Of a stretch of 64,000 nt of DNA, positions 1-20,987 are shown in pieces. Source of the stretch: the human T2T-CHM13v2.0 reference genome, Homo sapiens. The stretch is taken from NCBI RefSeq assembly GCF_009914755.1, contig NC_060932.1; one strand, written 5' to 3'. How positions within the stretch are numbered: the first letter of the stretch is position 1; the number at the start of each line of letters is the position of its first letter. The notes under the pieces are model-generated. The model was not told where the DNA came from. It searched no databases and worked only from the letters and a program-made list of their open reading frames with translations. Position numbers and translations under genes: made by a program.

Positions 1-1052
1 TTTTGTCTTTTTCTTATTAGAGACGTGATCTCACTCGGTCACCCAGGCTGGAGGGCAGTGGCGCGATCTCGGCTCACTGCAACCTCCGCTCCTGGGCTCA
101 AGCCATTCTCCCACCTCAGCCTCCGGAGTAGCTGGGATCACAGGCGAGTGCCACCACGACGGACTATTTTTGGTTATTATTGTTGTTGTTGTTTGTATTA
201 ATAGGGTCTCACAATGTTGCCCAGGCTGGTCTCGAACTCCTGAATTCAAGCGATTTGCCCGCCTCGTCTTCCCAAAGTGCTGGGATTACAGGCGTGAGCC
301 ACCGCGCCCGGCCTCAACGGTTATTTTGTGAGTTTACCCCAGCGCCACACACCAGCACCTGCACACCGAGAACGCGGTTCCAGCTCTTTTACAAGCGAAG
401 AACAGAGGGCCAGGAAGCTAATTAATAAATGACTTGCTCAAGACAGCACAGCTAGCAAAGGCAGCCTGATGTGGAGCACAGCCCAGCCTCTTCCCTCCAC
501 CCCTGTGAACTGTCTTAGAAAAGGATTTTGGATTTAGAAGCCAGATAAATGGGTGGAAATAAAGCAGTGGAAAAAATAATTTCATTGCCCGAAACCTGCA
601 GCGTGGCAGGCCTTCCCTCACTCTTATAACCTAAAGCGGCAGTACAGCCAGTGCTCAGCCATTCTGTGGCTGTCGTTGAATTACTGGTTACTCTTCAAGT
701 TACTGAAACTGTGGCTCAGTTTTCTCATCGGGGAAATGGGGATAATCATTGTACTACTACAATGAGTTACTTGCATTGGACTGTGGTGAAAATTAAGTGA
801 GAAAATACCTAAAATTTTATTCAAAACTTGGAAAAAAGTCAAAAGATAATATTTTGTGACTTTTATTAGTTTCATTCTAGAGAATTTTGTAATAAGCCTA
901 CTTGATCATCTGACACCCACAGGAAATGTAACTTTGTTTGAATAACAATTGATTAGGGCCCAGAAGATTTACAAAAGGATGAAATCAAACATCAATTGGT
1001 AGGAAACTGATGAGGTGTTAGGGGAAAAAGGGGCAGGGAATTCAGTGTGTAT

Positions 1053-1095
<43 letters not shown>
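1053..1095 (+). repeat. (AGAT)n tetranucleotide microsatellite, ~10 units
   Basis: Direct read. Confidence 0.95.
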
Positions 1096-1096
<1 letters not shown>

Positions 1097-1279
1097 AATT
1101 CCAAAGGTTAAGGTTGCATTTTTCTGAGAAAAATTAACCGGTTTTGTATCAACTGAGCAGTTTTATTTCAGCATTCCTTTCCCCAACGATTATATAAATA
1201 TCATTTTTCAGAACTGGTAGAAATCCGTTTTATGATTCTGCTGGCTCCCTTATTAATGAGTGAGAGACTTATACATATG

Positions 1280-1690
1280 GACAATGGCTAAACCGCATAT
1301 GATAATAACACTCTAACTCACATAAGCCAAACCATAACCTCTACAGCAATCAGCTCAAAATGGTCAGAATTTTCTCAAGAAGGCTGCCAACTTTTCTATT
1401 TTAACCTCTCTGTCCTCAGACACCAGTATCAGCCAGAGAAAGCCAAATATTCTTCCCAAACCAATCCTGTTAAGTTTCCTGCTTCAAGTTAGACAACTTC
1501 CAGCTTCCCCTGCCAACATCCCTAAATCAGAACACATCAGAAGCATCCCTTTTTTCCTCCACTATAAAGCCTCCCCTCTTCCCGATTGCTTTTGAGTCTC
1601 TGCCAAACTCAAGTGTGGTCGCTGCCCCTATTGCTATAGCAAGCTCTGAATAGTCTCTGTTCTCACTTGGCAGGTCTACATTTCTTGCGT
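1280..1690 (+). mobile_element. MER31-like ERV1 LTR
   Basis: ttttgagtctctgccaaactcaagtg...ttgctatagcaagctctgaata resembles the recalled MER31 3' half; TATA-like ctataaag at ~1562. Confidence 0.6.
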
Positions 1691-2073
1691 TAAATAAAAC
1701 TTTGACACATATTCACTATCTCTTCCCTTGAGACTTAGAAATCTAACAATTAGAGAATCTTTACAGAATTAAATCTTTCACAAAGAAGGTGCTCAATAAA
1801 CGCTTACAGTGAGTAATTTCATGTCAATATCTTGACTCATTTCAGCCAGTTGAAACAGCTAAGCTACTAATAATATCAGAATGTACTATCTATAATCCAG
1901 ACTCTCAAATCTCAATTGTGTCCCCTTTACCCAGAAGTTAGCTCTTGTTATTAATATCATTGAAACCCTCTCATACAAACCCCAGGAAACCTTATTACAT
2001 TACAAACTCCTGCTTATACTGCCTGTTGCATGTGTCTAGGTCTTAACACTGAAAGCAATGGCTTCATTCATTC

Positions 2074-2263
2074 TGAGGCAGGAGAATAGGGTCTGGAAGC
2101 AGAGAACCTAAGGCCAATTCACGCTGACTCCCTAGAAAGAGCTAAATCAAAAGGAAAACCCTAATTTTCCACACCCAAGTAACAAAAGGACCAGAGGCTG
2201 CTCCCTTTGCAACCCCTCACCCCCATTTTTCTGCCTGGCAGATGAAAAATTGAAAGTACCTCT
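2074..2263 (+). mobile_element. MER51-type ERV1 LTR, 5' fragment only
   Basis: Begins tgaggcaggagaatagggtctgg...aagtaacaaaaggaccagaggct...aaagtacctctg, as in recalled MER51A/B. Confidence 0.75.
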
Positions 2264-2590
2264 GGCCGGCCGTGGTGGCTCATGCCTGTAATCCCGCACT
2301 TTGGGAGGCCGAGGCAGGCGGATCACTTGAGGTCAGGAGTTCAAGACCAGGCTGGCCAACATGGTGAAACTCCGTCTCTACTAAAAAATACAAAAATTAG
2401 TGTGTGGTGGCGGGCACCTGTAATCCCAGCTACTCAGGAGGGTGAGGCAGGAGAATCACTTGAACCGGGGAGTCAGAGGTTGCAGTGAGCCGAGATCGTG
2501 CCCCTACACTCCAGCCTGGGTGACAGAGCAAGACTCCATCTCAAAAAAGAAAGCAAAAAACCTCTAACAGAGAGCCAAACCCCATCACTG

Positions 2591-2608
2591 CACACACACA
2601 CACACACA

Positions 2609-2655
<47 letters not shown>
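2591..2655 (+). repeat. Compound (CA)n(CT)n(CA)n microsatellite
   Basis: Direct read. Confidence 0.95.
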
Positions 2656-2657
<2 letters not shown>

Positions 2658-3052
2658 GTAGACTTTCCCCAGGTAGTTATTGGCCAGGATGGAGTCACAT
2701 ACCTCATCTAAACCAATCAATCCCCATGAAAGGGAAAGAAACTACCGTGACAACCTGAAACAAATTTTGATTCACCTTTCTGGAGATGGGGAGGGAGTAG
2801 CCTACCTCGAACACATGAGTGAGCAAAGAGTGAACTCACATCTTTAAAAAGTTGGGACCAAACTAGCTTCTTACCTTGCAGAAACAAATAAGAAGTCGTT
2901 CCATAATTCAAACTTTCAAGTTTTCTCTTTGATAACCGTCATATCTTAGCATGCAATACTAGGTGTTTATGATCAACTTCCATAATAATTATCATAATAA
3001 AGAAAATAATTTCTCATAACATTTATGTATTTCATGATTTTTGCTACATCAG

Positions 3053-4206
<1,154 letters not shown>

Positions 4207-4394
4207 GGCAACTTGGCACCCAGACACATCTCCTTAAACCATACTTAATAACCAAATAAAGACAATAACACGGTCATAATTCCACCTACCATGATACCAC
4301 TATCCTGCATACAAACAAAAACACACTAACCCCTTTCCCAGAAGAGAAGGTAAAGTCCTTGCGTCATGTTTTCTCTTTGATATGCCATAACTTT

Positions 4395-5525
<1,131 letters not shown>

Positions 5526-6391
5526 AAACCTCATAACTTTTTAAACAATTCTTAAATACTACAATATCAAGTCAATACATCTTAGGTTATATGATACAGG
5601 AAAAAGAGAGGGAAGAAAACAAAGATAATTTATACACACACACACACACAATCATGGCAATTACAGTCCTCATTTCTATAACTGGTCACATGGCTCTTTA
5701 CCTAGGGGAATGACGTCCTTGATGGTGGCACTAATCTCTGCAGTCCCTCCAGGGATGTGGTATCGCTTTTCATTTTCTATTTTTCTAGGTAGAGGCAGTT
5801 CTTGTGGCTTCCACTTGGCCTTTGCCACCATAATAGCCCTCACTCCACAGGCCAGGGAAGCACTGGAGATTCTGCCAGCTGCTGAGCATGTCTATTCTGA
5901 TTACGCATTCCTGAGCTGCAGAAATAACCACAGGATGGGTTCAGGGATCCACTGAGCCCACTATGAGATGGATCAATGCTAAAACTGCATGGATTGGCTG
6001 GGTGCGGTGGCTCACGCCTGTAATCCCAGCACTTTGGGAGGCCGAGGCAGATGGATCACCTGAGGTCGGGAGTTTGAGACCAGCCTGGCCAATATGGTGA
6101 AACCCTGTCTCCACTAAAAATACAAAAATTAGCTGGGTGTGGTGGCACGTACCACTTGGTCCCTGCCACCCTCAGATTCAACTACTGCCACTGCATTTAG
6201 GTTTTCCAATTCAGTGATAGCAGTTCCCTCTCTAATTTCTGACCTACTAAGAACGACAACCACTGAACACTTCAGGAATGCTGGGGCTCCCTTCACAGAT
6301 TTATTTCTCACAGTCATGGTGAAGGGTATGTCCTCTGGGTACTCCTGGGGTGGGTGAGCAAATCTTACATGACAAATCCACTCTTTCAGTT

Positions 6392-6900
6392 AGAACAAAT
6401 ATATGGGATACATGTGAAATTTTGTTAAATGTATATAATGTGTACTGATCCACTCAGGATATTTAGGGCGTCCATCAATTGAGAACAATACATTTTTGTT
6501 ATACTATAGTCGCCCTACTCTGCTGTCAAACATTGAATTTATTCCTTCTATCTAAATGCATGTTTGTATTCTTTAACCCATCTCTCTTTATCCTTCCTCC
6601 TCCTCCACCCTCACCCTTCCCAGTCTCTGTTTTCTCTGTCCACTCTCTACCTCCATGTGATCAAATTTTTTAGCTCTCTTATATAAGTGGGAACATATGG
6701 TACTTGTCTTTTTGTCCCTGGTTTATTTTACTTACAATAATGAACACCAGTTACATCTATGTTGTTGCAAATGACAGAATTTCATTCTTTTTTATGGTTG
6801 CATAGTATTCCATTGTATGTATATGCCACATTTTCTTTATCCATTCATCTGTTGAAGGACACTTAGGTAGAGTCCATCTTTTTGCTGTTGAGAATAATAG
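6392..6900 (-). mobile_element. L1MA-type 3' end fragment
   Basis: gttgcaaatgacagaatttcattcttttttatgg...ttctttatccattcatctgttga. Confidence 0.8.
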
Positions 6901-6907
6901 TCCTTAA

Positions 6908-7167
<260 letters not shown>

Positions 7168-7487
7168 TGATCTCCTGACCTCATGATCCACCCGCGTCGG
7201 CCTCCCAAGTACCTGGGATTATAGGTGCATGCCACCATGCCCAGCTAATTTTTGTATTTTTAGTAGAGACAGGGTTTTGCCATGTTGACCAGGCTGGTCT
7301 TGAACTCCTGACCTCAGGTGATCCCCCCAGCCTCGGCCTCCCAAACTGCTGGGATTATAGGTATGAGCCACCATACCTGGCCTTCTTCCATGTTTTAGCC
7401 AAACAAACTAACTTTTAGAGCCCTTTCTAACCTCCTAAGCTGTAACATTAAATTGGTGGATCACTTGAGGTCAAGAGTTCGAGATCA

Positions 7488-7718
<231 letters not shown>

Positions 7719-8475
7719 TTAGTGGGCTCATGTCAGTAAATTTGGCTTGATCCAACTTTATTTTTCTGTCACCATTATCCCATGGTCTTAATATCCATTC
7801 CCACACATTTCGCCCTGGATTTCTGCATGTGTAAATTGGAAAAACTATGTACTCCTTTTGGAATGCAGCTTACTTACCTCTTCAAGGGTCATGTTTTGTA
7901 CTTCACCTTTTGTGGCCAGTGGGGACTTGAGTCTAGTCATAGGTTTAGAAGCAAAGAAAGGTGATGAGGGTGTGTCCTGAGTAGACTCAGCAGAGTCTTG
8001 CAAGTTAACTAACTCAGGAGAGGACATTATAATATCCTCAGGCAAAGCAGGATTCATCTCTTCAGATGGGATGGAATAGCTGCTTCTACTGGCAGAAGAC
8101 TCAGCAGAATTTACGGGTTCAGTGTCCACACCCTCATCAGGATCTTCCCATATATCCCCATTCCAATTTTCAGTATCTCATTCTTTTATTTCCCAATCAA
8201 TGCCCTCACTTTGACAGCAGATGCCCTGAGAGGTTGGGAATTTGATCTGCATTGTAATTCAGCCACTTGCTGGATAAGACTCTGGGTGTGCTTTTCAGCA
8301 ATCTCAGCTCTGAAGCTACAAGGATTTTAAATGTTGCCTTAATCATATCCTATATTACAATTATATATTTCTGGACTCTATTCTGATCAACCAGTGTGAT
8401 TTTAGCCATATATTGCGGACTTTCTTGAAGAGGGATACACATATACGATGGCGATACATTTTTATTTCCAATGGA

Positions 8476-8494
8476 TGACCACAAGATGGCGTTA
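8476..8494 (+). promoter_or_regulatory. Candidate CTCF site overlapping a YY1 core
   Basis: TGACCACAAGATGGCGTTA compared with CTCF consensus TGGCCACCAGGGGGCGCTA; contains AAGATGGCG. Confidence 0.55.
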
Positions 8495-8863
8495 GGTGAC
8501 TAAAATGATCTGCTTACCAAACATTAAAGCCGAAAATTAAGCATATAGATTAAGCAATTGCCATATACACAAGAAGGAATACCTTTTAATGTAATATCTT
8601 AAAATTAATACATTTTAAAGCCTGATATATTTTTAAAAGAAATTTGGCACATAAAAAAACAAAGTGCTTGATTAAAATGTACACTCAGCTGGGCGCAGTG
8701 GCTCACGCCTGTAATCCCAGCACTTTGGGAGGCCAAGGCGGGCAGATCACCTGAGGTCAGGAGTCTGAGACCAGCCTGGCCAACATGGTGAAACCCTGTC
8801 TCTACTAAAAATACAAAAAATTAGCCAGGTGCAGTGGTGCATGCCTGTAATTCCAGCTACTCA

Positions 8864-8980
<117 letters not shown>

Positions 8981-9143
8981 TTAAAAATAAAGAACAAAAT
9001 GTGCACTCAAACAAAGAGTCTCCCATCTTGTTATCGAGGGACAATTCAGAATCAATGCCAAATATTGTTTTAATGTGAAATATCCCTGCTTTAAATTAAG
9101 GGTGGTGCTTTTGTGCTCCTGCCCTAGGCAATGAGACCTACCA

Positions 9144-9992
9144 TGTTGTATTAGCTATGCCTTTTGTTTTCTGTATTCCGATGCTTTGACATTTGGGAGC
9201 CTTGCTAATCCTGGAGGGTTGCCTGTCCCAGTGCCAGTGCTAGCAAATTTCTAGAGACAGTAAATAACTAGGGGAGTATGCCCTTTATATGCCAACCAGT
9301 CCAGGGCCTACAACCTCAACCACCTTCTTTATTGGGCCCATACTATCCATCCGCCTGCCCTAATCACTCCAGGGCCAGCCCTTATCCCCCAGAGCCCACA
9401 GAAAATTATTCAAATAAACCAATGCTAAACTTGCTTATCCAGCCTTGCCTCTTTCTTTCTATGGAAACCAGAGTAAATTATCTTGCCCACATTTTCCTTC
9501 CACTCTCTTTGCCTCCTGACCAACCCCTGTGCTTCCTGGGTGTCTCTCCCCATCCCCCCTGGGGTGATGTACCCCTTCATAGGATCTGTGAGCATAACAA
9601 CTATATTTTCTTTCCTTTCTTTTTTGAGATAGGGTCTGCCTCTTCACCTAGGCTAGGGTGTAGTAGTACGATCCTGGCTTACTGCAGCCTCCACATCCTG
9701 GCCTCAAGGAATCCTCCCACCTCAGCCTTCGGAGTAGCTGGGACTACAGGTACTCGCCACTACAACTGGCTAAGTTTTGTATTTTTGGGGGAGAGACACG
9801 ATCTCACCATGTTGCCCAGGCTGGTCTTGAACTCCTGGACCCAAGTTATCCTCCAACCTCAGCCTCCCAAAGTGCTGAAATTACAGGTGTGAGCCCCCGT
9901 GCCCAGCCACGACTATATTTTCAATGGCAGTTGTCTCCTCATCTAATGACCTTGCCATACTAAATAATAATAAAACCTATATTTTTAAAACA
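9144..9992 (+). mobile_element. MER74-type solo LTR with an internal Alu (TSD actatattttc)
   Basis: Begins tgttgtattagctatg...tgctttgacatttggg and ends aataataaaacctatatttttaaaaca; TG...CA termini. Confidence 0.7.
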
Positions 9993-9994
9993 AG

Positions 9995-10477
<483 letters not shown>

Positions 10478-10654
10478 TTAGCTGAGCATGGTGGTTCATG
10501 CCTGTAGTCCCAGTTATTCAGGAGGCTTCAGTGGGAGGATTGCTTGAGCCCAGGAGGTCGAGGCTGCAGTGAGCCATGATCACACCACGGCACTCCAGCC
10601 TGTGCAAAACAGATTGAGGCCCTGTCTCTAAAAGAAAATAATAATACACTAATA

Positions 10655-10860
10655 TTTAATATTAATACTAACAGCTTTTTGAGGGGTTTATCATTGAATC
10701 CTCCCAAAATGGTATGAGGTAGGTAAAAATGTTCTGACTTTACAGATGGAGAAGCTGAGGCATAGAAGTGTTATATAACTTTTCCAAGGACATACAACTC
10801 TAAGTGGAGGAGTCAAGATCCAAACCCACTTCTGCCTGTCTGTAAAGCCTGAGCTAACAA
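10655..10860 (-). mobile_element. MIR SINE
   Basis: tttacagatggagaagctgaggcatagaagtg...ccaagga...gtcaagatccaaacccac core. Confidence 0.7.
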
Positions 10861-11379
10861 CTATAAAATATTGCAATTAATTGAAAGGCAAACTCTTTGG
10901 AGATTCATGTTGTTTGTATCTCCACAGTGCCTACTGTACTGCTAGATACCAGTGTTATTTAATCAAGATAAATAGGCCGGGCGTGGTGGCTCACACCTGT
11001 AATTCCAGCAGTTTGGGAGGCCAAGGCGGGCAGATCATGAGGTCAGGAGATCAAGACCATCCTGGCTAACACGGTGAAACCCTGTCTCTACTAAAAATAC
11101 AAAAAATTAGCCAGGGGTGGTGGCAGGTGCCTGTAGCCCCAGCTACTCAGGAGGCTGAGGCAGGAGAATGGCATGAACCCGGGAGGCAGAGCTTGCAGTG
11201 AGCCAAGATTGCGCCACTGCACTCCAGCCTGGGTGACAGAGTGAGACTCTGTCTCAAAAAAAAAAAAAAAAAAAAAAAAAACAAGATAAATAAGATTAAT
11301 CAAAAGAAAAGAATAACATTTTTGGCCATATCAGCATAAAGTAAACAGAACAAAAAACTTTGTTTCAGTATATTTAAAT

Positions 11380-12119
<740 letters not shown>

Positions 12120-12415
12120 TTAGCCAGGTATGGTGGCAGGTGCCTGCAGTCCCAGCTACTGGGAAGGCTGAAGCTGAAGGATCACTTTAGCACAAGAAGC
12201 AGAGGTTGCAGTGAACCAAGACTGCACTACTGCACACCAGCCTGGATGACAAAGTGAGAACCAGTCTCAAAAAAGAAAAAAAAGACATTTTCTCATCACA
12301 AAAGAATGACAACTATGTGAGATAATGCCTATGTTAATGAGCTTGATTTAGCCATTCCACTATATATATACATTTTATTAATTTGTTGTTATTATTTTTT
12401 GAGAGGGAGTCTTAA

Positions 12416-12601
<186 letters not shown>

Positions 12602-12926
12602 TGAACTCCTGACCTCTGGTGATCCACTCGCCTTGGCCTCCCAAAGCACTGAAATTACAGGCGTGAGTCACCGTGCCTGGTCTTTATTTATTTATTTTTT
12701 GGAGACAGAGTCTTGCTGTCGTCCAGGCTGGAATGAAGTGGCACAATCTTGGCTCACTGCAACCTCTGCTCCTGAGTTCAAGTGATTCTCCTGTCTCAGC
12801 CTCCCAAGTAGCTGAGATTACAGGTGCATGCCACCACACCCAGCTAATTTTTGTATTTTTAGTAGAGACGGGGTTTCACCATGTTGGCCAGGCTGGTCTC
12901 GAACTCCTGGCCTCAGGCCATCTGCC

Positions 12927-13599
<673 letters not shown>

Positions 13600-13770
13600 G
13601 CCGGGTGATCTTTTTTTTTTTTTTCCAAAGACGGTCTTACTCTGCCGCCAAGGCTGGAGTTCAGTGGCATGATCTTGGCTCTCCGCAGCCTGGAACTCCT
13701 GGATTCAAGCGATCCTCCCGCCTCAGCCTCTTGAGTAGCTGGGACTACAGGCATGCGCCACCACATGCGG

Positions 13771-15260
<1,490 letters not shown>

Positions 15261-15274
15261 CAAACTTGGAACAG

Positions 15275-15642
15275 TTGGTTGCAATGGTATCAACTTGGTG
15301 GGTGTTTTTGGATGAGATATTAATCTCACAATACATTGGTGAACTTTGGGTAAAGCAGATTGTCCTCCATAATGTGTGTGCGTGTGTGTGTCTGTATGTG
15401 TGGGATGCTTAACCGGTAAGTTGAAGGCCTGAACAAAACAAAAAGACCACTTCTCTAAGCAAGGGGGGACTCTCCCTCAACCTTCAGACTGTGTCCAAAC
15501 CACCGTCTCTCCTGGTCTCCAGCCTGCCGGCCTCCACAGCACATTTTGGACTTCCCAAACTCCATAATAGCATGAGTGAATTCCTTATAATAACTCTCTT
15601 TCTGTATGCCCACATATCCTATTATTCTGAAGAATCCAAATA
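15275..15642 (+). mobile_element. MLT2D-like ERV-L LTR
   Basis: gggtgtttttggatgagat...gtaaagcagattgtcctccataatgtg...gaaggcctgaa...tctccagcctgccggcct...attttggactt. Confidence 0.8.
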
Positions 15643-16319
15643 TGCCTGCTTACTCGTTTTTCAAAAAGGTAAAGGATTAAAATGTTGGCTTTTCTGATAC
15701 TTTTGATCTTAGTGTCAAAAAATCATAGTAACACACTCTGCTGTCTTGCATCCAAAGTTGCTGCCTGACATCCCGGGAATGATACTGTGAAACACAACAT
15801 CAGGAAGATAGAAATGAGTAACCTAAGTGAAAAATGTCATACACAAAGTGAATATGTAGTGCAGACCTACAGTGTGACAAGACGTTATGGCAACACATAA
15901 TAGAACACACAAAACTACTTAAGTCTTCACAAAGGTGATGTTTTAGTCCAGCCTTATAAAATGTGTAGGAGATTGCCAGGTACAATTAAAGATTAAAGAC
16001 AGAAGCAATCCTTTTTTTTTTTTTTTTTGACGGAGTTTCACCCTGTTGCCCAGGATGGAGTACAGTGGCACGATCTTGGCTCACTGCAACCTGCAACCTC
16101 CACCTCCTGGTTTCAAGCAATTCTCTTGCCTCAGCCTCCTGAGTAGCTGGGAATACAGGCGGCTGCCACCATACCTGACTAATTTTGTGTATTTTTAGTA
16201 CAGACAGGGTTTCACCATGTCGGCCAGGTTGGTCTCAAACTCCTGACCTCAGGTGATCCGCCCACCTCAGCCTCCTAAAGTGCTGGGATTACAGGTGTGA
16301 GCCACTGCGCCCAGCCAAC

Positions 16320-17083
<764 letters not shown>

Positions 17084-17246
17084 TAATTTATCCAATCCTT
17101 CCTTCACTGTACTTTCTACCTTCTCTGGCCTTTTCCTCTACAGCCCCCACATTTCAAATCCTACCTAACCTCCTTTGTGAACCCTTCCTCACTTTTCCCA
17201 GCAACAGTGCACTTCTGGTCCTCTGAACCTGTATCCTTTTACCTAA

Positions 17247-17382
17247 TAATGTGTAATGAGGATGGCAATCTCCTATTTGTTTAGGACAGTACTAATCTGT
17301 ACCAATTGTGTAAATTGTCAAGGACACCCCTTTCACTCTTGAAAGTGTGCCATTTTAGTCAATAAATCATATGGTCATCCTG
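17247..17382 (-). mobile_element. MER94-like hAT-Blackjack MITE
   Basis: cccctttcactcttgaaagtgtgcc...ataaatcatatggtcatcct. Confidence 0.5.
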
Positions 17383-17440
17383 TGCTTAATTGCTTTATTT
17401 GTATAGAAATGTTCTCATTCTAGATTATAAGATTACTTGA

Positions 17441-17950
<510 letters not shown>

Positions 17951-18753
17951 TGAGTAGCTGGGATTACAGATGCCAGCCACCACGCCTAGCTAATTTTTGT
18001 ATTTTTAGTAGAGATGGGGTTTCATCATGTTGGCCAGGCTGGTCTCGAACCCCTGACCTCAGGTGATCCACCTGTCTTGGCCTCCCAAAGTGCTGGGATT
18101 ATAGGTGTGAGCTGCTATATATTTCTTGGCACTTTCAGTAATAGAGGCTGTTAAGCCACAACACCTCAAGGGCTGGGCCAGTTCAAGGACCGATGAGAAT
18201 GCAGACAGGAACTCAGATAAGGGTACTGTACTTTCTTGTTGGTTTACTATGGAACCAGCACACAGGCAGCAGAAAGGATAAATATGAGATTAAGAACACA
18301 TGATGTTAAAATAGATGTGGCTACTAGGGCCTCCCATTTCCCTGACAGAGGCACACCTCAAGGCTGGGGCCTGTGCAGTGAGAAATCCACCAGCAGAATG
18401 AAGCCTAGAACCTTGGTCCACTGTCTTTTAGGCTAGGGGAAGAGGGGAGAAGTGCCTACATTAGTCCATGCCCAAGTTTGGGGATCCTATTTTCTTGTCC
18501 CACCACAATACATGTAACTTCCTTGCTAATACAATATTTTTCTTTCATTGACATTGGGCCTACTTAAGAAGTCAGTGCAGGCCGGATGTGGTGGCTCACG
18601 CCTGTAATCTCAGCACTTTGGGAGGCCGAGGTGGGCAGATTACTTCTAAGGTCAGGAGTTCAAGACCAGCCTGGCCAACACGGTGAAAACCCATCTCTAC
18701 TAAAAGTACAAGAATTAGCCAGGTGTGGTGGTGTGCACCTGTAGTCTCAGCTA

Positions 18754-18886
<133 letters not shown>

Positions 18887-19039
18887 TCAGTAACTGGCCA
18901 TCACTAACCAGAAAGACAGTCAGTAAAAGCTTAACAGAACACACAGTAAAGAATTCAGTGGGTCCAGTGCAGTGGCTCACGCCTGTAATCCCAGCACTTT
19001 GGGAGGCCAAGGCGGGCAGATCACGAGGTCAACAGATCA

Positions 19040-19219
<180 letters not shown>

Positions 19220-19554
19220 CTAGACCCTGTCTCAAAAAAAAAAAAAAAAGTATTCAGTAACACTGGATGACTAATGAAAATCCTGGAAAAATTTAACTAG
19301 CTGGTAAAACCTAATAGAAATAAAGTGTTAAAGACCTAAGTGATTTCTAGGCTTTTCTTCCAACTCAATCATTAATCTGCTAAATGTTTCTTTTATACCT
19401 TCGATCTTTATTTTTATACGAGAACTCTCTTTTCACCCCCGTAAGCACAGGCAACTGATTCTCCAATGTGAAATATCCTTAGAAAATAAACCAATTTCCT
19501 GTGTACCAATTAAAGCTCACAGTAACAAATTTTATAAGAAGAAAAGGCTGTAAT

Positions 19555-19560
19555 TTTATT
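19555..19560 (-). terminator. Polyadenylation signal AATAAA (a second copy lies at 19407-19412)
   Basis: tttatt on the + strand; first canonical hexamer I found downstream of the stop codon. Confidence 0.75.
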
Positions 19561-19812
19561 TTCAAATTTTTGGAAGTTTTTCAGAAAAAAATAAAATGAC
19601 AAGAACACATACAAATATTGAAATTATTCATTGAACTATAAACACTTAGCAGAGGAAGGGACTTTTGATGTATTTGAATCCACCTCCTTCTGAAAGCAGG
19701 AATCACTTCTAAATGTCTCTCATATCTTTCTTCAAGGAGTGGTTTTCCAGGAGGTTCCCAGCCTCCTCAAATCTTTCCCAAGTTTGATGCACTTCACCTC
19801 ATAAAAATAATA

Positions 19813-19828
<16 letters not shown>

Positions 19829-19845
<17 letters not shown>

Positions 19846-20129
19846 GAGACAGGGTCTTGCTCTGTTGTCCAAGATTGAGTGCAGCAGCATGATCAGGACT
19901 CACTGCAGCCTCACCTCACCCAAGCTCAAGTGATCCTCTCACCTCAGCCTCCCAAGTAGCTGAGATTACAGATGCACATCACCACACTCGGGTAATTTTT
20001 TTTACTCTCTGTAGAGATGCAGTCTTGCTATGCTGTGCATGCTGGCCTCAAACTTGTAGGCTCAAGTAATCCTCCTGCCTCGGCCTCCCAAAGTGCTAGA
20101 ATTACAGGCCTGAGCCACCGTGCCTTGCC
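19829..20129 (-). mobile_element. Alu (old, J-like) in the GSR 3' UTR, sense in the mRNA
   Basis: T-run followed by gagacagggtcttgctctg...tgagccaccgtgcc. Confidence 0.9.
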
Positions 20130-20337
20130 ACAAACTATTTTTAATCATTAAAAAAGAAAAAAGAAAATAAGGCAGGCCGGCTTCTCACATTACATGCTTT
20201 TAGAAAAAGGTCTCATCCTTGAAGCAGCTTTGTTATATGCAGAGCACAGTACTGGCTTCAAAAAATATATAAAGGTTCTGTGCACTGGCACTGTTTACAT
20301 GTGAAGAATTGCCATCAACTTCTGTGAAAATTAGCAA

Positions 20338-20636
<299 letters not shown>

Positions 20637-20987
20637 GTAGCAAGTTCTATTCATTCAAGTACATTAAGTTAATTGTACTTCACAAAGCTTTATATTTGGG
20701 ATGAGGCTAAAACAGAAAAAAAAAACTAGCACAGAGCTGTTAATAAAAAAAAAACTTGAAAATATTAATTACTGTGAGATGTGATCAAATGAAAATCAAT
20801 CCTGGATAACACTACAAATTTCTAACTCCATAAATAAGTTCTATTATGTACTAAAAATTTCCACTATCAGAAGATCCTGATTAAAATAAAGAAATACATA
20901 AAACTCAAACAGTAAGTCAATGTGATTATTTGTTTCATTTCAGAAGATCTATGGGTCCCACTGCCCGCCACACGTGTCTCCTGGTTC

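Noticed and set aside
9278-9892. Longest ORF in the track (204 aa, +)
   Set aside because: Runs through a MER74-type LTR into an antisense Alu; no domain or splice support; a chance open frame
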